Of a DNA stretch of 64,000 nt, positions 1 to 11,255 are shown piece by piece. The DNA lies in contig NC_043002.1 in the NCBI RefSeq assembly GCF_006345805.1, positions 68,262,001 to 68,326,000 of the forward strand, read 5' to 3'. Under the pieces are notes generated by a model that made no database searches, had not been told where the DNA came from, and saw nothing but the letters and a program-made list of their open reading frames with translations. Origin of the DNA: Octopus sinensis (taxonomy: Eukaryota). Both the position numbers and the translations under genes were made by a program. Positions within the stretch are counted from its first letter, which is position 1. Each line of letters opens with the position of its first letter.

Positions 1-244
1 GACTGTATATACTTCTACTGAAAACAAAGGGTTTTTCTTTTACTGTGACTAATATACTATTTGAGGCTTTGTAAGAAGCATAATGGTGGTGATATATGGG
101 AAATGTACAGAATGAGAGGCGAAAAGCAAGTGGAGTATGACTGACGAATATGTAATATTAAGTATGAAGTGACTGCTGAATATTTAATTTTAATCTATGA
201 GAAAACTTAATTGCGTGAACGAGCTAAGAGAATAACAAAGAACA

Positions 245-299
245 TTACTGCTTGTTGTTGTTGTTGTTCAGCTCCTCATTCAGCATTGAGTGAGCAAAC
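245..299 (-). CDS. candidate terminal exon of an unidentified gene: (x)FAHSMLNEELNNNNNKQ*
   Basis: tttgattatag acceptor, open frame to TAA at 247-245; no family recognised. Confidence 0.3.
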
Positions 300-1041
300 C
301 TATAATCAAATGTATTCAACCTGTGATCTTCCCTTTTTAAGCTACAATATACCCAAGATAACATTAATTTGGATACATATGCTCCTTCCTTTTTTTGTAA
401 AGATAGTAAGGGCATAATTTGAGGGAGATTTGACTGCTATAGTGTCAACTATGTTGGTATGGATATACATTACAGAGTTGGTAGCAAAAGGTGCCTACAA
501 ATGAAGTAAGACTTGGAAAATATATTGGGTTAAAGTGGCAACATCAACTCAAAGACAATGGACAGGAAAAGGAATGAAGTCTATCTAAAAAATTATTTTT
601 TATTAGTATTATGCTGTTATCTTCAACAGTTGTTAGATACAAACTATTTCATTCCTTTGATTTTTCTTCTAGGATATAGAATTTATTCGACTACAGTCTA
701 AAACTCAATTTTTACTTTTTACTTGTCACTAGACTGTGGCCATGCTGGGGTACCACCTTGAAGGGTTTAGTCAAACAAATCGACTCCTGTACTTATTTTG
801 AAATCTGGTACTCATTCTATCATTGTCTTTTGTAGAACCTCTAAGTTATGGAGATGTAAACAAATGAATATCAATTGTCAAGCAGTGGATAAGGACAAAT
901 ACTGACATGCAAACACACACACACATGTATATATACACATACACACACAAGCTTTCATATAGTTTCTGTCCTTCTGTCCTGTCTACCAAATTCATTCACA
1001 AGGGATTGGTTAGTCCAGAGCCATAGTAGAAAGCACTTGCC

Positions 1042-1224
1042 CATCTAGCAGTATTTCGTCTGCTGCTACATTCTGAGTTCAAATTCCGCTGAGGTCGACT
1101 TTGCCTTTCATCCTTTCGGGGTCGATTAAATAAGTACCAGTTACGCACTGTGGTCGACTTAATCCGTTTGTCTGTCCTTGTTTGTCCCCTCTGTGTGTAG
1201 CCCCTTGTGGGCAGTAAAGAAATA
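1042..1224 (+). mobile_element. SINE family B nested in a family A SINE, 14-bp TSD
   Basis: TSD agaaagcacttgcc at 1028-1041 and 1225-1238; host SINE spans about 713-1300 (minus). Confidence 0.88.
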
Positions 1225-3587
1225 AGAAAGCACTTGCCAAAGTCGCCACACAATAGGACTGAACCCGAAATGGCATGGTTGCAAAGCAAACTTCTTAACC
1301 ACCCCTTTCAAACAATTTATATTTCGGGAGGGGTTTTTTTCTCTTTTTTTTTTTTTAGTAACGATTAAACCTTGGATAAAAATATTTTAAGCTAATTTAA
1401 TCTCTGAAGCTTCTAATAGGTTGCGAAGTAAAACAATGAATGTTAAGCCTTTTAGCTAACTGACGAGCAATTTTTCTGTTTAACCATTTGTCATTTTGTA
1501 ACAATTATGTTTATGAATACCCTGCGTAACTAACAAAGAAATCAGTTTTCTAAGCAAGAAACTTTTAAACATAGCATTAAGCCTATACGTAAAACATCTT
1601 TATTAGTTCTATTTACCAAAGTTTAAACAGAATATAATACTTTGCCTATCAAAAATTATCTCAAGTTTATAATGTATTGCTAAAAAAGAGAAAAAAACCA
1701 GCTCTAGTTTCACTTATTATTTAAAGTAATTCTCGGAAAAGGATATACGAATCAATCTGTTATTCTAAAATCCAATATTTCATCTAACAGCTGACTAGTC
1801 TGACGTTTTCACAGATATATAAAATTATTTACCCTAGTAGCAAAAAACAGGATTTTAAAGCAATTTTTATTTCCAAGCAATATAAACTTTCATTATATCA
1901 GATTCTAGCATCTACATCAACAGGAATTTATTATGAGGGCGGTGCTATAAAGTTGTAAATGGATTAAGTGAGAGTACCAGGATATCAATATTTTCCTAGA
2001 AATCCGGTTGCTAATTTTATGAAAAGAGAAGGAAATGTATTTTTCCTTTTCGAGTCAAGTGGAAATAATTATTCTACCACCGCTAAATTAGAAATCTGAT
2101 TTGTCTCATCATATAAACATGTACGAGAGAGGGAACCCCTATACAAAACGCTCAACCTGCTACAAACAACAGCCAAATCTCCCTTAATCCACACTTTACC
2201 GTTTTCAATAAAGACGGATGCATCTATGGTCATGTATATACATACATATATGCATACATACATAGACGATGATGATCATGGAATATTTTTAATTAGGTTA
2301 CTCGAATAGCATAGAGAAAATGTATATAAGAAGGGTGTGGCAGTTCTGCTACAAGTAAGTCAACTCGGTTCAAGTAAAACCATGATGAAAGGCATTCCAG
2401 CTGTTACCACAATAATATTAATTCCACCAGTCTAAGGTGAACTGTTCGAACGAAAGGTTACGTTTCATACAGTGTCTACCTATCGAATACCATTGACAAA
2501 GCTTTGGGTTAACCCGAAGCTAAGGTAGAAGACACCAGAAGTACCGCGCAGTGGGATCGAAAATGAAACAGAGCCGTCTAAAGGCATGAGCATACTAAGT
2601 AATCCTGGAGTCTCACGGGCCTATGGTCCCAATGCTAATCTATTTATGCAGTTGTGTATGTAAGGGGCCTCCGTGCATTGCTTTACACGGGAGCCTATAA
2701 TTCTGATAAAACGACCCTAACCTGAAGCTTAGTAATCGTAAAGCGAACTTGTTAACCATACAACAATGCATGTACCCGTGTACGTCATGACCAAAATGTA
2801 CGGTTAAATAAATGATAGAATAAAAGAAGATACAGAGAATTTAGTAAAATAGTCTAAAATTTATCAAGGATCAGTTCCTCTCTTGCAAAATAGACACAAG
2901 CCCAAAACAATTTCGCCATCGCGATTAACAGTAAGTTCGTAAATAGCAGTGAAGATAATTGCTATTTGAGATGTAAATGTCATGGAAACAGCAGATACAA
3001 AACTTAAAATAAAAAACAGTGAAGAACACAGAAACCGGCAAATATTTCTATTAGGGGTCCCTCAGAAACATAATAAAAAGGAAGGACGGATCAGGCGATA
3101 ATAATTGTGTAAAGGTTATTTCGGTTTGTTTGCTGTGAATATAAGACTTGTGTCGCAATATTTAACATAATGTATCTTTAAAAGTCATCATTAGGAAACC
3201 TTGATGTACTGTAATTAGACAATCGTAATAATTGTTTGTTATCTAAGTACTTCATTTTAAAAAGGAAAAAAAATCTAAAATTCAACGTCAGCAGAAATTT
3301 GAGCTTTTAGCGATCTTATATTAAGATTCTGTTAATAAAAAAAAAAATTAGGATAATGTAATATTTTTAACACGAGTGGAGGTTATAAGATTACTTCAAT
3401 AAAAATCGGACACTACTGAAAATTATAATTATTTATTTATGCACAACAGCAATTTTTGAAAAGGTAAAGAATAAATATAGTCGCAATCATGCATTTTACT
3501 TCTACTTTCGTTTACAAGAAAACAATTCATAGTTATAATAATGAGAGGATGAATACTAATGCAAATGTGGTGAATTGTTTCACTTAC

Positions 3588-3659
3588 ATGAGTGAAACTG
3601 CCTTAGTAGAGTATGGGAACGGATTGTGAAAATAAGAAGCAATGACAGTCGTAATACCA
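3588..3659 (-). CDS. candidate internal exon (72 nt): GITTVIASYFHNPFPYSTKAVSL
   Basis: ttaatttttag acceptor, strong gtaagt donor, symmetric phase 2-2 open frame. Confidence 0.3.
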
Positions 3660-4044
3660 CTAAAAATTAATTATATTGTTTTTCATTTACATATCTTTCA
3701 ATACAATGGATAAATATAATTCCTCCTTTAAAAAAAAAAAACGATTGTTATGAAATGAACGAACTAAGTACTATTTAATACTCAATGTTTTGATCTACTG
3801 TTTACTCGTACACTATTAAAATAGGTACTAAAAAAATAGATGAAAAAAAAGAAAAGACGTAATTGAAAAAAAAAGAAAAACACAAACGAAAAACAGAGAG
3901 AATAAAATGAGTTTAAGGACAGTATTTTCATTTTAAATTTTCCAGAAACCATCGGAGACTGAGTCGAAGCAACAGCAACACGAGAGAGAACAGCCGACAT
4001 CGGCATCACAGAAACCAAAATATTAACTAGAATCATTTACTTAC

Positions 4045-4087
4045 CTTTTGTTTAGTGATTGCAGAAATAATGTTCGGTTGATGGGAA
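4045..4087 (-). CDS. candidate exon (43 nt)
   Basis: tttctttgcttatcatcag acceptor and AAG|gtaagt consensus donor; two of three frames open. Confidence 0.3.
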
Positions 4088-4175
4088 CTGATGATAAGCA
4101 AAGAAATTAATTCAGTAAGGTTTGGAAGAGTAGCAAAACAAACTGTACACTACTACGTGCAAATTGTAGACTTAC

Positions 4176-4236
4176 ACTGCCATTTAATCAGTTATCGTTT
4201 CCGTTATACCGTATGAAAGAGCATCTCTGATTGGTT
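4176..4236 (-). promoter_or_regulatory. candidate promoter and first exon (CCAAT box, ATG GCA GT|gtaagt)
   Basis: AACCAATCAG at 4236-4227, CGGAA element at about 4202-4198, ATG at 4183 followed by a consensus donor at 4175; CpGs locally retained. Confidence 0.35.
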
Positions 4237-4420
4237 ATTACCCTTTTTCCTTGAATTGTCGAACAATTCGTTTTCTCAGAAATTTAGTTGCGATGTAAAA
4301 ACAAATAAATTTAATGTTTACTTTAACACCTGGCCACCAAAACATAGGATAGAGGGTAATAGGTGTAAATAAAAATGTGTATTATACGAATATGAAAAGA
4401 AAAATTTGCGCCAATGAACC

Positions 4421-4940
4421 GGAGGGGTGGAGAAGGAACTTTCGGAAAATTCACACTATCCGATTTTTTCCCTCATAACTTTTAGGAAAATTGATATATT
4501 TTAATGAAATTTTATATAAATACCTTTCAAGAGGCGAAGATTACGATTATAAAGAAATTTAGGGAGAAAATTTTTCAGATGGGGTGGGGAGAGGACTTTC
4601 CAAGAGAAAGAAATTCATAAATATTTCTTTCTCTCACCATGATACATGGGATCTTTTTTAAAACCTTTTTCTATTACTCAAACGAAAAATAAAGGAATTT
4701 AAACTTACTTCCATTACACTCAAGCAAAAGAATAATTTATGAATTTCTTTCTCTTTGAAAGTTTTCTCCTCACCCCCTCGGAAAAAATTTTCCCCACAAA
4801 TTTCTTTATAATAGTAATCTATGCCGTTTGAAAGGTATTTACATAAGATTTCGTTAAAAGATATCCATTTTCCTATAAGTTATGAGGAAAAAAATCAGAT
4901 CGTATGAATTTTCCAAAAGTCCTCTCCCCAGTCCCTCAGA
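4421..4940. mobile_element. palindromic MITE-like element with about 200-bp arms
   Basis: about 4421-4630 is roughly 80% reverse-complementary to about 4730-4940. Confidence 0.75.
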
Positions 4941-5119
4941 AAAAAATTTTCAGTTTTTGCCTGAATTAAATACAACTTCTACTGAAGAACAACTTCAGGG
5001 CACTGAAACTTTCAGGCGAGATGACAAAAGACTGAGCTGCCTGGCGCTTTGCCATACTCAAGAAGACCCATATTCCACAGCAGAAATGTTGAGACCAATC
5101 CTACTGATGTTGTAAAGCA

Positions 5120-5422
5120 TTTGTGGCGGTGCCACATAAAAGCACCTGTGTGACGCCAAATAAAAGTGACCATGTGGCACCATGTAAAAACATTCATGCA
5201 GTGCCACATAAAATCACCCATGTGGTGCTATGTAAAAGGATCCATGTGGTGTCACGTAAAAACACCCAGCACACTCTGCAAAGCGGTTAGCATTAGGAAG
5301 AGCCTCCAGCCAGAGAAACCATGCCAAATCAGACTGGAGTCTGGTGCAGCTTGCCACCTCTGGCCAAACCATCCGACCATGTCAGCATGGACAACAGACA
5401 TTAAATGATGATGATGATGATG
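5120..5422 (+). mobile_element. RTE-tail element with about 22-bp VNTR
   Basis: repeated gtgccacataaaa...cac units, then gcattaggaag...acattaaa(tga)n. Confidence 0.75.
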
Positions 5423-5934
5423 ATACTTATATTGTTAAACATCACCAAACTATTATTCTTGAATATTATGGTTAAATTTCTTATTGTTGGGAGGATATGA
5501 TGTCTGCTAACAATTCAATCATGTGGTTTACTTTCAAATGTTTGTAAATTACAGGGCTTTGGGTTCAATCCCACACTGTGGTACCTTGAGCATATATATT
5601 ATATATATATATAAAGTAGGCAGGCTAGAGTGTAAAACAGGAGATGGGCAACATTTTGTGAGAGACAGGCCACATGAGACATGGCTCATCATAAGGCAGG
5701 TCGCACAACTGAAAAAAATTCCAGTAGGTTTTCATTTAGGCTTATTATTCAAAAAGTCTAATAGGCTGCAAGTTGCCCACAACTGGTGTAAATTCTGAAG
5801 AACAAGGGAAGGTGAATGTTTCTGTTGCTAGTAAAAGATAAGCACTGACTAAGGTCATTGTAGAAGATGAAAAGGGGAGTCGTGGAAAAGATAATTGAGG
5901 AAAAACTAAGAGGCATAGGCATGGCTGTATTCTT

Positions 5935-6320
5935 TTATTCTTTTACTCATTTCAGTCATTTGACTATGGCCATGCTGGAGCACTGCCTTTAGTCAAACAA
6001 ATCGATCCCAGGACTTATTCTTTGTAAGCCTAGTACTTATTCTATCCATCTCTTTTGCCGAGCCACTAAGTTACGGAAACATAAACACACCAACATCAGT
6101 TGTCAAGCGATAGTGGGAGGACAAATACACACACACAGACACACACATACACTCATGCACACACACACATATACGACAGGCTTCTTTCAGTTTCCATCTA
6201 CTAAATCCACTCACAGGGCTTTGGTCAGCCCAGAGCTATAGTAGAAGACACCTGGCCAAGGTGCCATGTAGTAGGACTGAACCTGGAACCATGTCTTACC
6301 ATACAGCCACGCCTGTGCCT
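5935..6320 (-). mobile_element. SINE family A (internal microsatellite)
   Basis: matches the abundant ggctgtgtggtaag...gaaacaagtaaaagag family. Confidence 0.85.
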
Positions 6321-7223
6321 ATATAGTTATGAATTTCGTTTTGCAGCTACATGGTTCTTTGCTCAGTTCCGCAGTATAAAACCTCGGGCAACAGGCTTCT
6401 ACTATAGCCTTGTGTTATACAATGTCTTGTGAATATAATTCGGTAGATCAAAGCTGTATAGAAGTTTGTCATACATATGTATTTTACCGTTCACCCTTTA
6501 TTTGTTTCAGTCATTAGACTGTGGCCATGCTGGGGCACTGCCTTGAAGAATTTTAGTCAAAGGCCCAATGCTCAAACGGTGCTTTTGACATTCCACTGGC
6601 ACAGGTGCCAGTCAGATGGCACTGGCATCAGCTATGACTACGATTTCACTTGGCTTGACAGGTTTTCTCAAGCACAGCATATCACCCAACATTTGAAGGG
6701 TGTTTTTTATGTGCCAGTTATGTAACATTGGCATCGGCCCGACTATGATTATGAAATGTGAAACTGAATTCTTTAATCCAAGCTTAATTTAATAGGAAGA
6801 AAAGATTAATCATTTTATCAACAAAAAGCTGAGCAGAGTTTAAAAGAGCAGACCTTGGATTTCTAATGGTAGATAAGTTCTGCTATCTACATGACCTGAT
6901 CATTTGATGGAGGGATCGGTGATAACTTAATGAGTAAAGTCCATCATAAGTAAAGAAACTAGAGAAACTGTGCACTTATTAACATTTTTAGGGCATTAGG
7001 TTTATTTTATTTAATAGATAATCCAGTGCTGCATCTCTGATATACCTCCAGATCTCACCTTGCATTGTCACTGGTCCAGGAGGTCGAGATAAGAAATTGA
7101 AGCTGATCATTCAAGTCAGCTCTTCCTCATATTAAATCCAGTTTAATATACTTTTTTTAACAACAAACAGGTGAATCTTTTGTTATTGCAGTCAGGATAT
7201 CATACACATCTGCAACTATTAAA

Positions 7224-7351
7224 TATAACCACCTCCATAGTTTCCTTGCCCATAAGGATACATGGAACATGTGGTATAAGCAGTATCTATAACAACCTCC
7301 ATAGTTTCCTTGCCCATAAGGATACATGGAACATGTGGTATAAGCAGTATC
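7224..7351. repeat. 64-bp tandem duplication
   Basis: 7224-7287 and 7288-7351, one mismatch. Confidence 0.95.
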
Positions 7352-7368
7352 AGTAATAGTAATTCTTA

Positions 7369-7630
7369 AAAACTAAATAAATGTGCCCTTTTAAAGCCTA
7401 GCCAGGTTCATGGGCCCGGTTTCCCAGTTTCTATGGTGTATGTGTTTCCCAGCTGGATGGGACGCCTGTCCATCGCAGCGTTACTCATTTTTGCCAGCTG
7501 AGTGAACTGTAGCAACGTGAAATGAAGTGTTTTGCTCAAGAACACAATGCGTCGCCCGATCCAGGAATCAAAACCACAATCTTACAATCATGATGCTGAC
7601 ACCCTAACCACTAAGCCACGCACCTCCACT
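7369..7630 (-). mobile_element. tRNA-derived SINE (family C) with 13-bp TSD
   Basis: TSD atagtaattctta at 7356-7368 and 7631-7643; A/B-box head gtggaggtgcgtggcttagtggttaggg. Confidence 0.9.
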
Positions 7631-8411
7631 ATAGTAATTCTTATTATGTATTATTTGGAATGGTGTCTTCATTGTTGTTTTCACTACATTTTGGCTGTGT
7701 AAGCTCTAGCCTTCTTCAGGTGTCTTGTGATTCACCTTAGTGCTTGAGATTGAACTCAAAACCTCTACATGACTGTACTGTATTTCAGCACCATTATTCA
7801 CTATACTATACCTGTAGGCAGGGCCAGAGTGAATTTTTTCTTAAGGCTTACAGACCTCCATAGATGTCTTGTGTTGACTCCATACTAATTGGATAATACA
7901 ATTTTATATTTCTGAGACGAGGTATTTATACTATATATTAGTCCGAGTGATATCCTCTTTATTTTTCTTTAACTCTGATACCGCAGGTATAGTATATTGG
8001 ATAAAGGCACTGAAATGCAATACAGTCACCTAGAGATTCTGAGTTCAATCCCCGGCAAGGCACTAAGATGAATTACAAGACACTTGAAGAAGGCTGGAGT
8101 GTACACAGTCAAAATTTAGAGAAAGCAATAATCAAGATAAAGTAAAGTGCTGTGACTAATCTACATATATATAAAATTTTTTGTATCTCTGTCTGTTCCC
8201 AATGCATTCTTAAATGGCTCGACCAAATTTTACATGGTAATGCTATGAGACCCCAGGGGGGTCAACATGTAATTTTTTGGGATTAAAACAATGCAACATT
8301 GGCAATGTTTCCATATTACGTCTCAAAACTTGAAGAATAAAAGTGAAACCTTCGACGGAGTAAGTTATAAATAGCTTCATTTTTATATTGTTTCACGTTT
8401 AAGTTTCACTA

Positions 8412-8452
<41 letters not shown>

Positions 8453-8508
8453 ATGTATGTATGCATATATGGAAATGGATGCATCACGTTCAGTTAAATA
8501 ATAAATAA

Positions 8509-8892
8509 TCTCTCTATATATAAACGGCAGTTTGTCTGTGCATGTTTCTGTGTGTCTGTTTGCTTGTACCCTCACCCTGACCACGGCTTTCAACCGATTC
8601 TGATGAAACTTGACACACACATAGCCCAATGTCATAATTCAAAACTAACGCAGCGGAAATTTTGAAAAGTTCCCCCATTCTGAAAAAAATCGATAAATTC
8701 GACATGGGGTCGAGAATTAGAAACACAAACCATAAACTGTCTAGGGGACGCAACTCCACCTTTTTTAAATCTCAAAAAAAAATTTACCATAATTTTTTTC
8801 AATTTTTTTGCTATTTTTTGGCTATAACTCTCTAAAAATGCTTTATAGTTATTTCCCTTACAAACCTGAGCAACGCCGGGCGATACTGCTAG
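8509..8892 (+). mobile_element. non-autonomous Helitron-like element
   Basis: 5' TC(TC)TATATA, subterminal GC-rich caacgccgggcg, 3' CTAG, inserted between A and T; related 3' end at about 19015-19047. Confidence 0.7.
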
Positions 8893-9097
8893 TATATAAT
8901 ATATATATGTTGTCCCCCCGACATTGCTTAACAACCAATGCTAGTGTGTTTACGTCCCAGTAACTTAGCGGTTCGGCAAAAGAGATCCTATAGAATAAGT
9001 ACCAGGCTTACAAAGAATAAGTCCTGGGGTCAATTGCTTGACTAAAGGCAGTGCTCCAGCATGGCCGCAGTCAAATGACTGAAACAAGTAAAAGAGG

Positions 9098-9128
<31 letters not shown>

Positions 9129-9140
9129 TGTATATATGGG

Positions 9141-9408
9141 TACAGGACATCACCGATGGTGCAAATAACATGAAATACGTAAACAAACAAGGGAAAAATG
9201 AGTGAACTATGTAAATAACGAACAAAAGATGGAAAGCAAGGCAAGTAAACACAAAGAAAGAACCTGTCACCAGTTGTCGGCTATCTATCTACTCCTCATT
9301 TCAAACATTCAAAGACAATATGAGTCTTCAAAGACAGATGCTAACATAAATTCTAGAATAAAATTTACGATTTATGGAAACCAAACACACCGTTGGTGAT
9401 GTCCTGTA
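9141..9408. mobile_element. MITE with 21-bp TIRs
   Basis: tacaggacatcaccgatggtg (9141-9161) and caccgttggtgatgtcctgta (9388-9408), 2 mismatches. Confidence 0.8.
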
Positions 9409-9694
9409 CACATATATGCCTATATATGTGTGTGTGTGTGTGCATGTGTGTGCGCGTGTGTATGTGTGTGTAAGTATATCTTTGTATATACATATATATA
9501 TATACATATATATGTATGTGCGTATGTATACATGTGTATATATATGCGTGAGCATATACAGATATATATATATATAATATGTGAAGGATAAATGTTACAG
9601 ATAAATTCCTCTATTTACATAATATTGAGGTCTCTTTCATTCTTTTGTTGACTTGCCATTTCTATCAATATATATACACACACACACACACATA

Positions 9695-10270
9695 TCATCA
9701 TCATCATCATCGTTTAACGTCCGTTCTCCATGCTAGCATGGGTTGGACGGTTTGATAGGGGATCTGGGAAGCCAGAAGGCTGCACCAGGCTCCAGTCTGA
9801 TCTGGCAGTGTTTCTACAGCTGGATGCTCTTCCTAATGCCAACCACTCCGTGAGTGTAGTGGGTGCTTTTTACGTGCTACCTGCACAGGTGCCAGGCGAG
9901 GCTGGCAACGGCCACGATCAGATTGATGCATTTTACGTGCCACCGGCACGGAAGCCAGTCGAGGCAGCACTGGCATCAGCCACAATTCGGATGGTGCTTT
10001 TTACGTGCCACTGGCACAGAAGCCAGTCAAGGCGGCGCTGGCATCAACCACGATTCGGATAGCGCTTTTTACGTGCCACCGGCACGGAAGCCAGTCTAGG
10101 CGGCGCTGGCATCGGCCACCTTCAGATGGTGCTTTTTACGTGCCACCGGCTCAGGGATCACATCTGCAGTTTCCATTTATTTTGATGTCGGTGTACTTGA
10201 CTCAATGGGTCTCCTGAAGCACAGGGTCGAAATGGTGTTTCTTCACTTGCCACCTGCACAGGAGTCAGTC
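9695..10270 (-). mobile_element. RTE-tail element with about 68-bp VNTR
   Basis: (CAT)n-tttaacgtccg-ccatgctagcatggg tail; units start at 9863, 9926, 9994, 10062 and 10129. Confidence 0.85.
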
Positions 10271-10397
10271 CAGCGGTCCTGGCAACTGCCGGGTGCTAGT
10301 CATAGGATTAGTTCAATTTCGATTCCGATTTTGATTTATGTATATGTATGTATATATATATATATACATAATTTAATATATATTATATATTATATAC

Positions 10398-10433
<36 letters not shown>

Positions 10434-10554
10434 ATATATATGTATATCTTTGTGTGTGTGTATATATATATATATATGTATGTATGTATGTATGTATATA
10501 TAGATATATGTGTGTGAATATATACATGTAGGTATATATATATATGTAGATATT

Positions 10555-10779
10555 TATTCTTTTACTCGTTTCAGTCACTTGACAGTGGCCATGCTGGAGC
10601 ACCACTATGAGTCTTCAAAGACAGGAAAATCAAACCCAGGACCTATTCTTTGTAAGCCTAGTACTTATTCTATCAGTCTCTTTTGCCAAGCTGCTAAGTA
10701 ACAGGGACGTAAACACATCAGCTTCAGTTGTCAAGTGATGTTGGTGAACAAACACATACATATGTACATATATATATAT

Positions 10780-10817
<38 letters not shown>

Positions 10818-10939
10818 CAAAGGGCTTCTTCAGTTTCCGTCTACCAAATCCACTCACAAGGCTTTGTCAGCCCATGGCTATAGTAGAAGGCACTTCCCCA
10901 AGGTGCCATGCAGTGGGACTCAACCCAGAACCTTGTGGT
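10555..10939 (-). mobile_element. SINE family A split by the Gypsy insertion (continues at 15467-15495)
   Basis: family sequence resumes as gtggtcagtaaacaagctacttaccac after the 3' LTR. Confidence 0.88.
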
Positions 10940-11177
10940 TGTTATATAATCATCACAACAAACATGAACAATCAACGTCGCCCATTGTCTCCCTTGATAA
11001 AAGGACTTTCACTTTGTTTCCCGCCAAAACAATTAACTTGTACAACAACGGCAGTCGAATAAAGTATCTTGTATCGTTAACACGTTGTTTCAGTCTCTCT
11101 CATTTTCTTAATCTTTCATACTAAGTACTCACTACTTCCTTTAATACTCAATACATTATATATATATAACAACAACA
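10940..11177 (+). repeat. 5' LTR (238 bp)
   Basis: tgttatataatc...acaaca; differs from the 3' LTR by 2 substitutions and 2 single-base indels. Confidence 0.97.
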
Positions 11178-11188
11178 TGGTGTCAGAA
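11178..11188 (+). other. primer-binding site TGGTGTCAGAA
   Basis: directly after the 5' LTR; complementary to a tRNA 3' end ...UUCUGACACCA (tRNA-Leu type, from recall). Confidence 0.85.
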
Positions 11189-11255
11189 TACTAAAAGAAC
11201 CTAAAATACAGAAACCAAAGGAAAAAAGAAGTTGAAATCATACTTCAAAGACGAA

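Noticed and set aside
2069-2263. 64-aa ORF and the opposite-strand reading frame
   Set aside because: Starts in a microsatellite, the opposite frame is interrupted by a stop, and no motif is recognisable.
9860-10150. CRISPR-like look of hairpin-containing repeats (also 17290, 29676, 50197, 62050)
   Set aside because: Inter-repeat segments are homologous, not unique spacers; eukaryotic context; no cas genes; embedded in RTE tails.
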